A stretch of DNA of 64,000 nucleotides from an uncultured archaeon (GTDB taxonomy: Archaea > Thermoproteota > Nitrososphaeria > Nitrososphaerales > Gagatemarchaeaceae). A model generated the notes under the pieces. That model was not told the DNA's origin, made no database searches, and worked only from the letters and a program-made list of their open reading frames with translations. This document shows positions 9,145 to 19,285 of the stretch, one piece after another (position 1 is the stretch's first letter; the number at the start of each line of letters is the position of its first letter). Where the stretch lies: the NCBI GenBank assembly GCA_963817525.1, contig CAWFOU010000001.1, positions 64,001 to 128,000 on the forward strand, read 5' to 3'. Both the position numbers and the translations under genes were made by a program.

Positions 9145-10083
9145 TTGGGCCTCCTTGACTTCGCCTCTGATTACTTCACCAGCCAGCCGATTCTCGAGAC
9201 TCTCGCCCTGATGTATTCCTTGCTCGCCCTGCTTTTCGTCGTCTTCAAGCTCGAAAAGCACCGGCCGCACACGAGGGTGCGGATACTCTTCGCCTCCTTC
9301 GCCGTCGTGATATCGATGTGGAGCTTCGTCGCGTCGAGCCTTCTCATCTGCAACGCCTTCCTCGGCCTTTACCAGAGCAACGAGGACCTCGCCGTCGGGA
9401 CCGTCTTCGGCCTCGCTCTCTTGGCGAGCTTAGTGATCGCCCTTCCCCTCTCTGCCTTCGTGACGTTCAGGGTGCCCGGAGTGATGACCGGAAGGCTCCT
9501 CGAGAGGCTCTCGGAGCCAGAGGTCGCGGTGACAGAGATGGCCGACAGGATTGCCAAGACCCTACGCGTACCCGCGCTCAGGATCCTCCAGTCACCGAGC
9601 GGGGTCGCGTTCGCCTATTCGGTGGAGAGCGCCGAGAGCGTGGTGGTCGTCTCGAAGGGCCTGACAGCCCGACTCGACGGAGACGAGCTCGAGACCGTGG
9701 TCGCCCACGAGCTGGCTCACCTCAAGAACCATGATTCCCTGCTGAATACCATTATGGCGGTCTACAGAAGGGTCCTCTTCTTCGACCCTTTCATCCGCGC
9801 CCTCCAGCGGGCGACCTACGGCGAAAACGAGTTTTCTGCGGACGAGCTTTCTGCACGCGTGACCGAGAAGCCTCTTTCGCTCGCGTCCGCCCTCCTGAAG
9901 ATCAGTTCCGCGCAGTCCGGCAGCCCGCCTTCCTCGGAAAGGGCAGAAGGTCTCTCCATCCTCGCGAACGGCAAGAGCCTAAGACCACCCAGCGTAAAAG
10001 AGAGGATCGAGAGGCTCATCAGCCTCTCGGGCGAATTCGCGCGCGACCGAGTCCATGCCAAGACCGCCCTCAGCGTCGGCTGA
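9145..10083 (+). CDS. BlaR1/M56-M48 membrane zinc metalloprotease (no penicillin-binding domain)
   Basis: TM helices, VVAHELAHL, EFSADE, LASALLKI. Downstream of the BlaI gene. Confidence 0.85.
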   Translation: MGLLDFASDYFTSQPILETLALMYSLLALLFVVFKLEKHRPHTRVRILFASFAVVISMWSFVASSLLICNAFLGLYQSNEDLAVGTVFGLALLASLVIALPLSAFVTFRVPGVMTGRLLERLSEPEVAVTEMADRIAKTLRVPALRILQSPSGVAFAYSVESAESVVVVSKGLTARLDGDELETVVAHELAHLKNHDSLLNTIMAVYRRVLFFDPFIRALQRATYGENEFSADELSARVTEKPLSLASALLKISSAQSGSPPSSERAEGLSILANGKSLRPPSVKERIERLISLSGEFARDRVHAKTALSVG

Positions 10084-10094
10084 GGGGATCAGCT

Positions 10095-11042
10095 TCAAAG
10101 AAATATCGGGCTGCTCGTCTTGCTCGAGGCGAGCACGGCCTCCGCTATCCGCGTCACCATGAGGCCGTCCTTCCCTGTGATGAGGGGCTGCCTCCCTTCG
10201 TCGATGGCTGACGTGTACCCCTTCAGCTCGAGCATCAGGGGCTCCCCGAAGGTGTGTTTCGGGACGCTCGTCCCCGACTCCTCGTGCACCTGTATCTCCT
10301 GAGAGATGAAGTCCAGGGTCACGACCGCCTTCTCGAACACCGCGCTCAGCTGCCTTACCCTGCTGGGCGTCACCCAGTTCGTGGTGATGAACGCGGTCCT
10401 TTCGTCGCCGAACCCGAGGAGGATGGTCGCGAAGTCCTCGTTCTTGCCCATCACGCTCCCCACCCGCGCGTAGACCGTCTTCGGCTCCTCCCCGAAGAGC
10501 CACCTCGCAGTGTCGATGTCGTGGACCGAGGCGTCCTTGACCACGCCCACGTCGACTATGTTCTCGCCTCTCCTGTTCTCTCGATGGTACTCGAAAAGGA
10601 TAGGCCTCCCTAGAGTCCCCTGGGTTATCATCTTCTTCAGCTCCGTGATGGCCGGGTTGAAGCGCTCGATGAACCCGACGGTCAGGATCTTCTTGACCTT
10701 CTCGGCCTCCTTGATGAGGTCCTGCGCCTCCCCCACGGTGCTCGTCATGGGCTTCTCCACGAAGGCGTTGACACCCGCCCTCAGCACCTTGCTCGCGACG
10801 GCGAAGTGCGTCGACGCGGGGGTGCATATCGTGACCCCGTCGGGCTTCTCCTTCTCGAGGAGGTCGTCGACGCTGGAGTATCCCTTGACGCGGAACTTCT
10901 CCGCGTAGGCGGCGGCCCTCGACGCGTCCAGGTCGCACACGGCGACGAGGCTCCCCAGCTCGCTGAGGACCCTCACGTGGTTCTTGCCCCAGCCGCCCGT
11001 GCCAATGACGGCGATTCTAGCCATGAGGTAGACTTTGGCCAC
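10095..11042 (-). CDS. Gfo/Idh/MocA oxidoreductase (UDP-sugar 3-dehydrogenase-like)
   Basis: GTGGWG, FVEKPM, VGFIERFNPA, DASVHDID. Confidence 0.9.
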   Translation of the reverse strand: MAKVYLMARIAVIGTGGWGKNHVRVLSELGSLVAVCDLDASRAAAYAEKFRVKGYSSVDDLLEKEKPDGVTICTPASTHFAVASKVLRAGVNAFVEKPMTSTVGEAQDLIKEAEKVKKILTVGFIERFNPAITELKKMITQGTLGRPILFEYHRENRRGENIVDVGVVKDASVHDIDTARWLFGEEPKTVYARVGSVMGKNEDFATILLGFGDERTAFITTNWVTPSRVRQLSAVFEKAVVTLDFISQEIQVHEESGTSVPKHTFGEPLMLELKGYTSAIDEGRQPLITGKDGLMVTRIAEAVLASSKTSSPIFL

Positions 11043-11077
11043 TTTCTGGCGGTTTTAACGGTTTATGGAAAGCCGAC

Positions 11078-12214
11078 TCATGCTCGAACGATCCCGCTGG
11101 TCGCCCTGAGTATGGTGATCTCGGAGCTCCTGAACGTCTTCTTGAGGCCCTTGAACCACTCGTAGTCAGCGGGGGTGCAGACTATCGCGAGCGTGTGCTT
11201 GTACCCGTCAATGATGTCGTCCGTCCTGGACCTGACGTCCACCTGCCTCACGTCGGTGACGTAGTCCCTCAGCTTCTCGGTGAGAGAGAGCGCGGTGGCC
11301 AGCCTGTCGGCGCGCATCTCGTATTTGTCTGCCGACCAGGCCACGAGCACTCGGGTCCTGCTCGCCTTGAGCTGGAGCTGCCTCAAGAGGTCCCGCGTCT
11401 CCTCGACGACGTAGCGCTCGTAGTTCTCCACGCTCTTGACCGCCGCGCCCGCAAGGTAAGTTATCGGCTCGCCCACGTCCTCGCTCGACTGGATGGCTGT
11501 AAGGTCGAAGATGAGCGAGGCCAGCTGGTCGACGTACCTCTCCGGCTCGGCCGCCCTCTCCACCTTCAGCTCTCGGGCCTTGCGCATGAGCTCGACCTCG
11601 GCAGCCATCGAGGTGCACAAGGCCAGGACGAGCGAAATGTACTCGAGCTCCGTCGCAGGGATGCCCCCGTAGCTCACCTTGAACCCAAGGTCCTCCAGCG
11701 AGACGAACTCCTTCGACGCGGCCTTCGACCCGAGGACCGCTACCTCGGAGCCATGCGCTTGGATCGGGCCGGTCGGGAGATAGGCGTAGTTGATCTTCTC
11801 CCCTGCCCTCATGCCCGTCTGCTTCTCGAGCATTGCGACGTTGTCCGCGTTCCCCCCCACCCCGGTCGGGAGGAGGTTGATCACCGTCGACCCCGTGGCC
11901 GCGTACTTCGAGACCTCCCTGAGCTTCGAGCTGGCCTCGATGACGGACTCGTCCCCCACCTTCCTAAGCTTGGGGGTGAACACGATGACGCCCGCCTCCG
12001 AGAGCACCTGCGAGACAGGCTTCAAGCCCATGAGGATCTCGTCATCGACGAGGTCCTGGACCGTCTTGTGCGCCTTCACCATCCCAGGCTCGAGGTCCAT
12101 GGCCATCTGGAGGGTCTCGTCCACAAGGGTGACGGAGGCCTTCTCGATGAGGCGGCCGGCCACGGAGTAACCTTCGCTGGTCATGCCGTAGACCGCAACC
12201 TTCGGCTTTGGCAA
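11078..12214 (-). CDS. Degenerate UDP-glucose/GDP-mannose dehydrogenase-like protein
   Basis: Rossmann-like KVAVYGMTSEGY start, similar size and layout, sugar-gene context. No GGxC catalytic motif seen. Confidence 0.5.
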   Translation of the reverse strand: MPKPKVAVYGMTSEGYSVAGRLIEKASVTLVDETLQMAMDLEPGMVKAHKTVQDLVDDEILMGLKPVSQVLSEAGVIVFTPKLRKVGDESVIEASSKLREVSKYAATGSTVINLLPTGVGGNADNVAMLEKQTGMRAGEKINYAYLPTGPIQAHGSEVAVLGSKAASKEFVSLEDLGFKVSYGGIPATELEYISLVLALCTSMAAEVELMRKARELKVERAAEPERYVDQLASLIFDLTAIQSSEDVGEPITYLAGAAVKSVENYERYVVEETRDLLRQLQLKASRTRVLVAWSADKYEMRADRLATALSLTEKLRDYVTDVRQVDVRSRTDDIIDGYKHTLAIVCTPADYEWFKGLKKTFRSSEITILRATSGIVRA

Positions 12215-12315
12215 AATGGGGGGCTCTGCGCCTCACGTGGCCTGCGTGAGATTATAGACTTGATGCCCCACGAGAGTCGTGTTTTTATCATATCTCAGGC
12301 GAGCGAGTTTTCGCC

Positions 12316-13377
12316 TTGAGGATCTGGATCGAAATAGTGACGCCGAAACAGGTCCTTTTCTTTCGACCCGTGATCGACATCCTGCGAAAGGAGGGCCACG
12401 AGGTCCTCGCGACCTCCAGGAGGTATCGGGAAGTGGAGCAGCTAGCGTCCATGCACAGGCTAGACCTCTCCTTCGTCGGCTCCAGGGGCGGGAAGGACCC
12501 GCGCGAGCAGCTCGCGAGAAGCATCGAGCGTATGGAGCTTCTCCTCCCCGTGGTCGCGGGATTCTCCCCGGACGTCTCGGTCTCGGTCGCGTCCGCGGAC
12601 TGCGCCAGGATCTCCTTCGGGCTCAGGGTCAGGCACGTCGCCGTCAACGACTCCCCCCACTCCCTCGTCGCAGGGAGGCTCTCCCTCCCTCTCTCTTACC
12701 ACCTGATTACCCCCTGGATAATCCCCTACTCCGCGTGGTCGGTCTTCGGGGTTTCCAGGAAAGAGATCTCAAGATACAAGGCCCTCGACCCCGCAGCGTG
12801 GCTCAAGCGCAGGCCGAGAGCCGCGCCGCGAAGGGACACGGGGAGCGGGGGGAGGGCGACGATCCTGGTGAGGCTGGAGGAGTCCTACGCCCCTTACTTG
12901 GCGGGCAGCGACGAGTCGTGGACCGAGAGGGTTCTGGTGCGCCTGGCGCGAGACTTTCAGGGGCACGAGCTCGTCGCGCTCTGCAGGTACGAGGACCAGC
13001 TCGCCAGCGTCAGGGAGAAGTTCGGCGATTCGTTCGAGGTGCCCACGAAGGCCGTGGACGGGGCGGGCATGATCGAGCGCTCCGACGTGTTCGTGGGCAT
13101 GGGCGGGACGATGACCGCCGAGGCCGCGCTGTTGGGGGTCCCGGCGGTCTCCGCGTTCCAGGGCGCGGAGCTATACACCGAGAAGTACCTGCTCTCCAAG
13201 AGGCTGCTCCTCAGGGCGAGGAGCGTCGCCGAGGTCTCAAAGTGCGTCAGCGCGTCCCTCGAACGCAGATACAGGGACGGCTATCAACGCAGGGGGCGAG
13301 CCGCCCTCGATTGGATGGAGGACCCCGCCGCTAACGTAGGAGGATACCTCAACGCTCTCGGGCCCGGCCGCCCCTGA
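12316..13377 (+). CDS. DUF354 glycosyltransferase-like protein
   Basis: IWIEIVTPKQVLFF, GMGGTMTAEAALLGVP. Confidence 0.85.
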   Translation: MRIWIEIVTPKQVLFFRPVIDILRKEGHEVLATSRRYREVEQLASMHRLDLSFVGSRGGKDPREQLARSIERMELLLPVVAGFSPDVSVSVASADCARISFGLRVRHVAVNDSPHSLVAGRLSLPLSYHLITPWIIPYSAWSVFGVSRKEISRYKALDPAAWLKRRPRAAPRRDTGSGGRATILVRLEESYAPYLAGSDESWTERVLVRLARDFQGHELVALCRYEDQLASVREKFGDSFEVPTKAVDGAGMIERSDVFVGMGGTMTAEAALLGVPAVSAFQGAELYTEKYLLSKRLLLRARSVAEVSKCVSASLERRYRDGYQRRGRAALDWMEDPAANVGGYLNALGPGRP

Positions 13378-13473
13378 TTCCTGGCTCAAGATATTGCGCC
13401 TCTATATTCCCTAGGACGCCCAATATACCCCATCGATAATCAATAAATCGCGATTCTGGGAAAACAGACGCAA

Positions 13474-13773
13474 GTGAATAGAGAAATGGAAAACCTAGTA
13501 GTGCGAAGAGAGGTCGAGGAGTCTGGCTCGTTAGCCAAGAAGCTCCCAATCATGAAGACGCTCGCCAGCCAGCACCAGTGCGACGTGGAGACGCTATACA
13601 GCAGCGTAGACGCGAGCGAGGTGGACGTCCACGACATCCTCACGGAGATGCTCTCCGAGAAGGAGGTGGAGTCCTCGTCCGGGAACGCGCGAGGAGGGAG
13701 GTTCGCCCTCACCCTCAAGGGCTGGGCAGAGTACCTGAAGGTCCTGGGCTCCATCTACGAGCTCCCGGAATAG
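13474..13773 (+). CDS. Small hypothetical winged-helix protein
   Basis: Host-like codon usage and FALTLKG wing motif. Confidence 0.55.
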   Translation: MNREMENLVVRREVEESGSLAKKLPIMKTLASQHQCDVETLYSSVDASEVDVHDILTEMLSEKEVESSSGNARGGRFALTLKGWAEYLKVLGSIYELPE

Positions 13774-13955
13774 CCAATCGGCGCGACCGAGGCCGAACGA
13801 CGCCTTTGTTTTTGCTTTCCCAGGACTGGGGCCTCGGCGCCGAGAAACCGGCAAGACCCCCAGATGATTTATATTGCAACCAAGGGCGAGACCACAAGGA
13901 TGCCTCGGAGCGGACCCTCACGCCCCCGAAGGGCAATCTGAGCGCGCGCTAGACC

Positions 13956-14453
13956 ATGGATATCTACTTGTTCAGACACGCGGAGGCGGGGAAGAGGATA
14001 CCTGCCCGCGCGAGGGACATCGAGCGCTCCCTGACGGTGGAGGGAAAGGAGGAGCTGGAGGACATCGCCCGCTCGCTTGCGAGGCTGAAGATAAAGCCCG
14101 ACCACATCGTCTCGAGCCCGCTGAAGCGGACGCGCGAGACCGCGGACATCGTCGCGAAGGCGCTGAAGCAGCGAGGCAAGGTGGAGATCTGGGACGAGCT
14201 AAAGCCCGAGGGGAGCAAACTGGATCTCTTCAAGAGGCTCTCGAAGCTAAAGCCGGAGGCGACCGTACTCTGCGTCGGCCACGAGCCCTACCTCTCGCAG
14301 GCGATCAACGAGGTGATGGGGCACCAGGGGCCGCCGAGGATACTGTTGAGGAAGTGCGGCTTGGCGCGGCTCTCGGTCAAGGCGTTCAGTCCGAAGGTGG
14401 AAGGAGAACTTAGATGGCTGTTGACACCAAGGCTCCTGAAGCGGATGTCGTAG
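13956..14453 (+). CDS. sixA: Phosphohistidine phosphatase SixA
   Basis: LFRHAEA, SSPLKRTRETA, VGHEP. Confidence 0.9.
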   Translation: MDIYLFRHAEAGKRIPARARDIERSLTVEGKEELEDIARSLARLKIKPDHIVSSPLKRTRETADIVAKALKQRGKVEIWDELKPEGSKLDLFKRLSKLKPEATVLCVGHEPYLSQAINEVMGHQGPPRILLRKCGLARLSVKAFSPKVEGELRWLLTPRLLKRMS

Positions 14454-16018
14454 GCTACGGTCCCGAGGGGTTCGCCCCCTCGACCGGCTTCACGGCCTCC
14501 GTCCTCGACCTCGGATTCAACTCCGCGAAGCTTGCGACATACCACGTGGGCGGGAGGACCAGCTACAGGATAGTCTCGCAGGAGGACGCCAAGGTGAAGC
14601 TGGGCGAGGAGCTGGACGAGACGGGCTTCCTCGCGGTCCCGCCGATGGAGAGGACGCTCAGGGTCCTGAAGATGTTCAGGGAGATCGTCGACTTCGAGTC
14701 GCCCAGGTACGTCCTTCCCGTAGCCACCAGCGCAGTGAGGGAGGCCGCCAACAGGGGCGAGTTCCTGCACCTCGCCGAGGAGACGTCCAAGTTCAAGTTC
14801 AGGGTCCTCTCGGAGCAGGAGGAGGCGCTCCTCTCGTACTTCGGGGCCGTCCAGGCGCTGAGGATCCCCACCGGGGTGTTCTTCGACCTCGGCGGAGGGA
14901 CCCTCGCCATGGTCTACGCGGAGGACTTCAGGGTCAAGAAGGTGATCTGCCTCCCGCTGGGGGCGAGGAGGCTCACCTACCTCTACGGCAACCCGAAGAA
15001 GGGAGGACTGTTCGTGCGGAAGGATTACGAGAGGATGAGGGAGCACATCACCGAGCTCCTGCCGAGCAGGAAGGAGCTCCGCCTTTCCAAGAAGACGCAG
15101 CTCATTGGGGTGGGAGGGACGGTCAGGGCCATCGCGAGCTACCACGCTGACAAGTCGAAGTACCCCTTCGAGAAGCTGCACAACTACGTGATGGACTACG
15201 ACGAGGTCGCCTGGACGACGTCGCAGTTCTTCAGGATGAAGAGGCGCCAAATGAGGGCGCTCAGGTCGATGGGCCAGGCGAGGGCGGAGACCATGGCCGC
15301 GGGCTCCTGCGTAGTGAGGCTGCTGATGAAGTCCCTCGGGGTCTCAGAGCTCGTGGCGAGCACCCACGGCCTCCGCGAGGGGACGCTCGCGCTCTTCCTC
15401 CATGACCACCGCTGGTTCAACGCGAGGAGCTTCGAGCCCGCGACGATAGACAGGCAGCTGAGCTCCGGCGGCAGGGCCTGGATGACCACCTGGGAGCGCC
15501 TCGTGGGCGAAGTCTTCTCCGCGCGGATGATCACCGAATACGAGCGCAGCCTGCTCCTGGAGGCGCTCAAGATAGTGAGGAACGCCCCCCAGGCCGCTGA
15601 CCTGAAGGCGAGGTTCCACGAGCTCATCGGCGTCGACTCGTCGCTGAGCCACGTCGACCAGCTGAAGGTCGTGATAGCGATCATGGTCGCCGCGAGCGGG
15701 AGCTACGCGAACGTCCTCGTCGACCAGTTCATGCCGCCGCTGAGACGGAAGGACAAGGAGACGATCAAGAGGCTCGCGGCAGCCTACCAGCTGCTCGAGC
15801 TCATCGAGCTGATGAAGGCCGGCCTTTCGATATCGGGCTCGGCGGACTCGGGGAGGCCGGTCAAGATGGAGATAGTCGTCAGAGGGGTCTACGCGGAGGA
15901 GCTCCTCGCCCGTGCCATCTCCACCGTCAGGGAAGACCTCAAGATAGACGTCGACTACTCGGTTATCAAGGAGCGCAAGGCCACCCCGCCCGGGGCCGAA
16001 CAGGTGATCGCATCGTGA
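14414..16018 (+). CDS. ppx: Ppx/GppA exopolyphosphatase
   Basis: DLGFNS, VATSAVREAAN, DLGGGT, GVGGTVR, GLREG. Confidence 0.9.
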   Translation: MAVDTKAPEADVVGYGPEGFAPSTGFTASVLDLGFNSAKLATYHVGGRTSYRIVSQEDAKVKLGEELDETGFLAVPPMERTLRVLKMFREIVDFESPRYVLPVATSAVREAANRGEFLHLAEETSKFKFRVLSEQEEALLSYFGAVQALRIPTGVFFDLGGGTLAMVYAEDFRVKKVICLPLGARRLTYLYGNPKKGGLFVRKDYERMREHITELLPSRKELRLSKKTQLIGVGGTVRAIASYHADKSKYPFEKLHNYVMDYDEVAWTTSQFFRMKRRQMRALRSMGQARAETMAAGSCVVRLLMKSLGVSELVASTHGLREGTLALFLHDHRWFNARSFEPATIDRQLSSGGRAWMTTWERLVGEVFSARMITEYERSLLLEALKIVRNAPQAADLKARFHELIGVDSSLSHVDQLKVVIAIMVAASGSYANVLVDQFMPPLRRKDKETIKRLAAAYQLLELIELMKAGLSISGSADSGRPVKMEIVVRGVYAEELLARAISTVREDLKIDVDYSVIKERKATPPGAEQVIAS

Positions 16019-16794
16019 TGGACCAGGCAAAGCGCTCGGGGAACGGCGGGACCAAGGCCCGCAAGTCCGGAGGCACCACATCCAGAAGGGTGACAAACCA
16101 CGCCTGGGATCCGGCGGCGGGAAGGCTGATCGCCGTGGAGGGCGTCGACGGGTCGGGCAAGTCAACGCAGCTGCACCTCCTAGAGCAGTGGCTGAGGCAC
16201 CAGAACCTCAAGGTCTTCAAGACGGAGTGGAACTCCTCCGAGACGGTCAAGGAGATAACGTCGCGGGGAAAGAAGAAGGGCCTCCTCACGCCGACGACCT
16301 TCAGCCTCCTTCACGCGACGGATTTCGCGGACAGGTACGAGAGGAACATCCTCCCGCTGTTGGAGGCGGGATACTTCGTCCTCGCCGACCGATACGTGTT
16401 CACCGCGTACGCCAGAGACATCGTCCGCGGTTGCCACCCGGGATGGGTGAGGAAGATCTACAGCTATGCCGCGAAGCCTGACCTGACGCTATACTTCCGG
16501 GTCCCAGTGGAGGTCGCCGTCTCCCGCATACTTGCGGGGCGGCCGAAGCTAAAGTACTACGAGGCGGGGATGGACCTCAACCTGTCAAACGACCCCTACG
16601 AGAGCTACAGGATCTTCCAGGGGAGGATAGTCGAGCAGTACGAGTCGATGGTCGAGACGGAGGGTCTCGTGGCGATCGACGCCAACCGCGGGATCGAAGA
16701 GCAGCAGATAGAGGTCAGAGAGCGCGTAAAGAAGCTGTTCGGCGATAGCAAGCTGGGGCCAGTCACGACACAGCCGGCGAGAGCACATGGCTAG
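16015..16794 (+). CDS. Thymidylate-kinase-fold protein 1 (candidate polyphosphate kinase catalytic subunit)
   Basis: Intact P-loop EGVDGSGKST, LADRY. Lies in the ppx/CHAD operon. Confidence 0.85.
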   Translation: MMDQAKRSGNGGTKARKSGGTTSRRVTNHAWDPAAGRLIAVEGVDGSGKSTQLHLLEQWLRHQNLKVFKTEWNSSETVKEITSRGKKKGLLTPTTFSLLHATDFADRYERNILPLLEAGYFVLADRYVFTAYARDIVRGCHPGWVRKIYSYAAKPDLTLYFRVPVEVAVSRILAGRPKLKYYEAGMDLNLSNDPYESYRIFQGRIVEQYESMVETEGLVAIDANRGIEEQQIEVRERVKKLFGDSKLGPVTTQPARAHG

Positions 16795-17587
16795 CGAGAG
16801 CCCCGAGTTCGACGACGACGACCAGGAGGCCGTCCCAAGGCCCTACTCGGTCCAGCAGCCCTTGCCTCCCGCGTCTGGCAAGGAGGGCGGGAAGAGGAGG
16901 CTCAAGTTCTACGGCCACGGGATGCCCTACCTCAAGGACCTCGAGGTGAAGGGGCACCTCATCGTGATAGAGGGGCCTGACGCCTCGGGGCGGAGCACCC
17001 ACACCCAGAGGATACAGGCCAAGCTCGAGGCCGACGGGCACGCCGTCCTGGGGACGGGACTGAAGCGCTCCGAGCTCATCAGCGAGGGGATCATCGAGGC
17101 GAAGGGCAACCTCGGGGTGGGGAAGCGCACCCTGTCGCTCTTCTACGCCGCGGACTTTGCAGACCAGCTCGAGAACAAGATAATCCCAGCGCTCGAGGCC
17201 GGGTACGTCGTGCTGGCTGACCGCTACATCTACACCCTCATAGCTAGGAACAACGTGAGGGGGATCGAGCGGCGGTGGTCGAGGAGCCTCTTCGGTTTCA
17301 CCCTCGTCCCCGACCTCATCTTCTACCTCGACGTGAGGCCTGAGGAGCTCGTCCACCGCGTGTTCCAGAAGAACTCCATCCTGGACTACTACGAGTCGGG
17401 GATGGACATCGGGCTCTCCGACGACATGTACAAATCCTTCCTGATCTATCAGGGCAAGATGGCGAAGGAGTTCGAGAAGATGAAGAAGCTCTTCGGGCTC
17501 CAGTTCGTCGACGGGAACCGCGCCATCGACAAGGTCGACTCTGACCTCCAGGCGCGCATAGACGAGTTCCTGAACCGGCCGAGATGA
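16787..17587 (+). CDS. Thymidylate-kinase-fold protein 2 (altered P-loop; candidate regulatory subunit)
   Basis: EGPDASGRST (K to R), LADRY. Paralog of the preceding gene. Confidence 0.85.
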   Translation: MASESPEFDDDDQEAVPRPYSVQQPLPPASGKEGGKRRLKFYGHGMPYLKDLEVKGHLIVIEGPDASGRSTHTQRIQAKLEADGHAVLGTGLKRSELISEGIIEAKGNLGVGKRTLSLFYAADFADQLENKIIPALEAGYVVLADRYIYTLIARNNVRGIERRWSRSLFGFTLVPDLIFYLDVRPEELVHRVFQKNSILDYYESGMDIGLSDDMYKSFLIYQGKMAKEFEKMKKLFGLQFVDGNRAIDKVDSDLQARIDEFLNRPR

Positions 17588-18399
17588 ACCCCACGCACAT
17601 CGCTTCGCAGCAGCTTGCCAAGGCCTTCAACCGAAACATCGCCACGGTCGACGCGCGCCTTGAGGAGTTCCTGAAGGCAGGGGACTCGCCAACCACCGCC
17701 TCCCTGAGGAAGGCCATCGCAAGGCTCAGGACGACCTATTCCGTACTTCCAAAGAGCGAGAGGCAGGAGGCGCAGACCGTGGGATACCTCTCGGCCGCCA
17801 AGAAGCTGTCCAAGGCGGTCGGTAGGGTGAGGGACATCGACACGATAGCGGCCTGGACGATGCAGCTCTCCGAAGGCAAGGACCAAAAGTCCTTCATCGC
17901 CGACCTGGGCAGGCTCAGGGGCATGGCGCTCCGGACTGCGATCGAGAGGGGCAGGAAGCTCCGGAAGAAAAGGTCGCCCTTCCTAGACCTCCGCGAGCTC
18001 GACGGGCACGGCGATGGGAGGCGCGTGGCGAAGGTCGAGAGGCGGCTCTCCAGGAGGGTCGACAAGGAGTTCGAGGAGTTTCTTTCGTCCCAGGAGGTGG
18101 AGGTCATGCACTCGTTGAGGAAGGACGCAAAGCGCCTCAGGCACCTGCTCGAGCTCACTGAGAGGGGGGAGGCCACGCCCCTGCTCGTGAGGCTCAGGTC
18201 GATCCAAGATGACCTTGGGGCGATACGCGACCACGACCTGGTGATCGACTACCTCCGCAGCAGGGTCAGGCTTACGAGCACGCGCTCCCTGATTCGGGAG
18301 GAGATAGCGAAGAGGCACGCTAGGCTCGAAGACTTTGTCACCAAGAACAGAGGGCAGGGGCACCTCGTCCCCCTCCCCGCAAAGCAGAGGTCTAGTTAG
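17584..18399 (+). CDS. CHAD domain (polyphosphate-binding) protein
   Basis: GRVRDID, HSLRKDAKRLRH, QDDLGAIRDHD. Confidence 0.9.
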   Translation: MNPTHIASQQLAKAFNRNIATVDARLEEFLKAGDSPTTASLRKAIARLRTTYSVLPKSERQEAQTVGYLSAAKKLSKAVGRVRDIDTIAAWTMQLSEGKDQKSFIADLGRLRGMALRTAIERGRKLRKKRSPFLDLRELDGHGDGRRVAKVERRLSRRVDKEFEEFLSSQEVEVMHSLRKDAKRLRHLLELTERGEATPLLVRLRSIQDDLGAIRDHDLVIDYLRSRVRLTSTRSLIREEIAKRHARLEDFVTKNRGQGHLVPLPAKQRSS

Positions 18400-18419
18400 C
18401 CCGAATCGCCTGACTATCC

Positions 18420-18469
18420 TTTTTAACATTGCAAGGGGCGGCAAGTCGCAACAGCCCGGTGGTGAAGCA
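18420..18469 (+). pseudogene. Orphan promoter and 5' fragment of intron-less tRNA-Gln
   Basis: TTTTTAAC (18420-18427), then AGCCCGGTGGTG (18453-18464), identical to nt 1-12 of the spliced tRNA downstream. Confidence 0.7.
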
Positions 18470-18508
18470 CTGCCATGGGCCTCTAAATACTGACCCGTCT
18501 TATCCAGC

Positions 18509-19285
18509 GTGGAAAGGTCTAACCTTGAGGGCGCATTCTCTCGAGTCGTTCGAATCGCCAAGATCAAACCTCGAGGTAAAGGGTTCGGTGTCAAAGGGTC
18601 TGCGCATACCGTGCTGTGGTCGAGATACGACGACTTCAGGCTTGGCATTCTCATCGGTATGACATATGGTGACGGTAATCTCATCAAGAGAAGCGCTGGA
18701 ATGAGAACTGGAAGATGGCGGGTGGAGTTCTGCGAGGGTGACCTCTCACTAGTAAGAAAGTATGCTACTCTCACCAGACGACTGTTCAATCTCCAACCGA
18801 GGATAAGGAATCGTGAAACCTGGTTTGAGATGTATTACAGTAGCAGAATCGCATACGAGTTCCTTACTTTCGTAGGGGAGCATCCTAACGGGAAAAAAGC
18901 AGGGCACCTGAGGATACCCGAAGTAGCGAGATTGTACCCGGAAACCCTTAGAGGGTTTCTGTGTGGTTTGTTTTCAGTCGAGGGGTATGTAAAGGGAGGG
19001 AGATATCTCAGGTTAACTGTGGAAATGCTCGAGCGGCGGCTTTTATGGTCGGTCGCGGATGAGCTGAGGAAGCTCGGCTTCCAACCACACTCGTATGCAT
19101 ACATGAAAGACGGGAAGAGAATGTTCGGAGTCTACTTGTATGGCTTTGAAGATTGCGGCAGATTCTTGGACAAGGTGGGCCTGTTAGGGAAGAGGAGAAT
19201 AAAGTTGAGCAGGTTTTTAACCACGACACTGCAGCCGAGGTTAGCTCGGAAGCAGCCCGGTGGAGGATTGGTCCGCCGAATGTAG
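18509..19285 (+). mobile_element. Two-motif LAGLIDADG homing endonuclease gene overlapping the tRNA-Gln 5' end
   Basis: Motifs GILIGMTYGDGNL and GFLCGLFSVEGYV. AT-richer than flanks. Stop TAG lies in tRNA exon 2. Confidence 0.85.

Noticed and set aside
18509-19285. Intein-encoded endonuclease
   Set aside because: No flanking extein in frame and no N-terminal Cys/Ser or C-terminal His-Asn splicing motifs.
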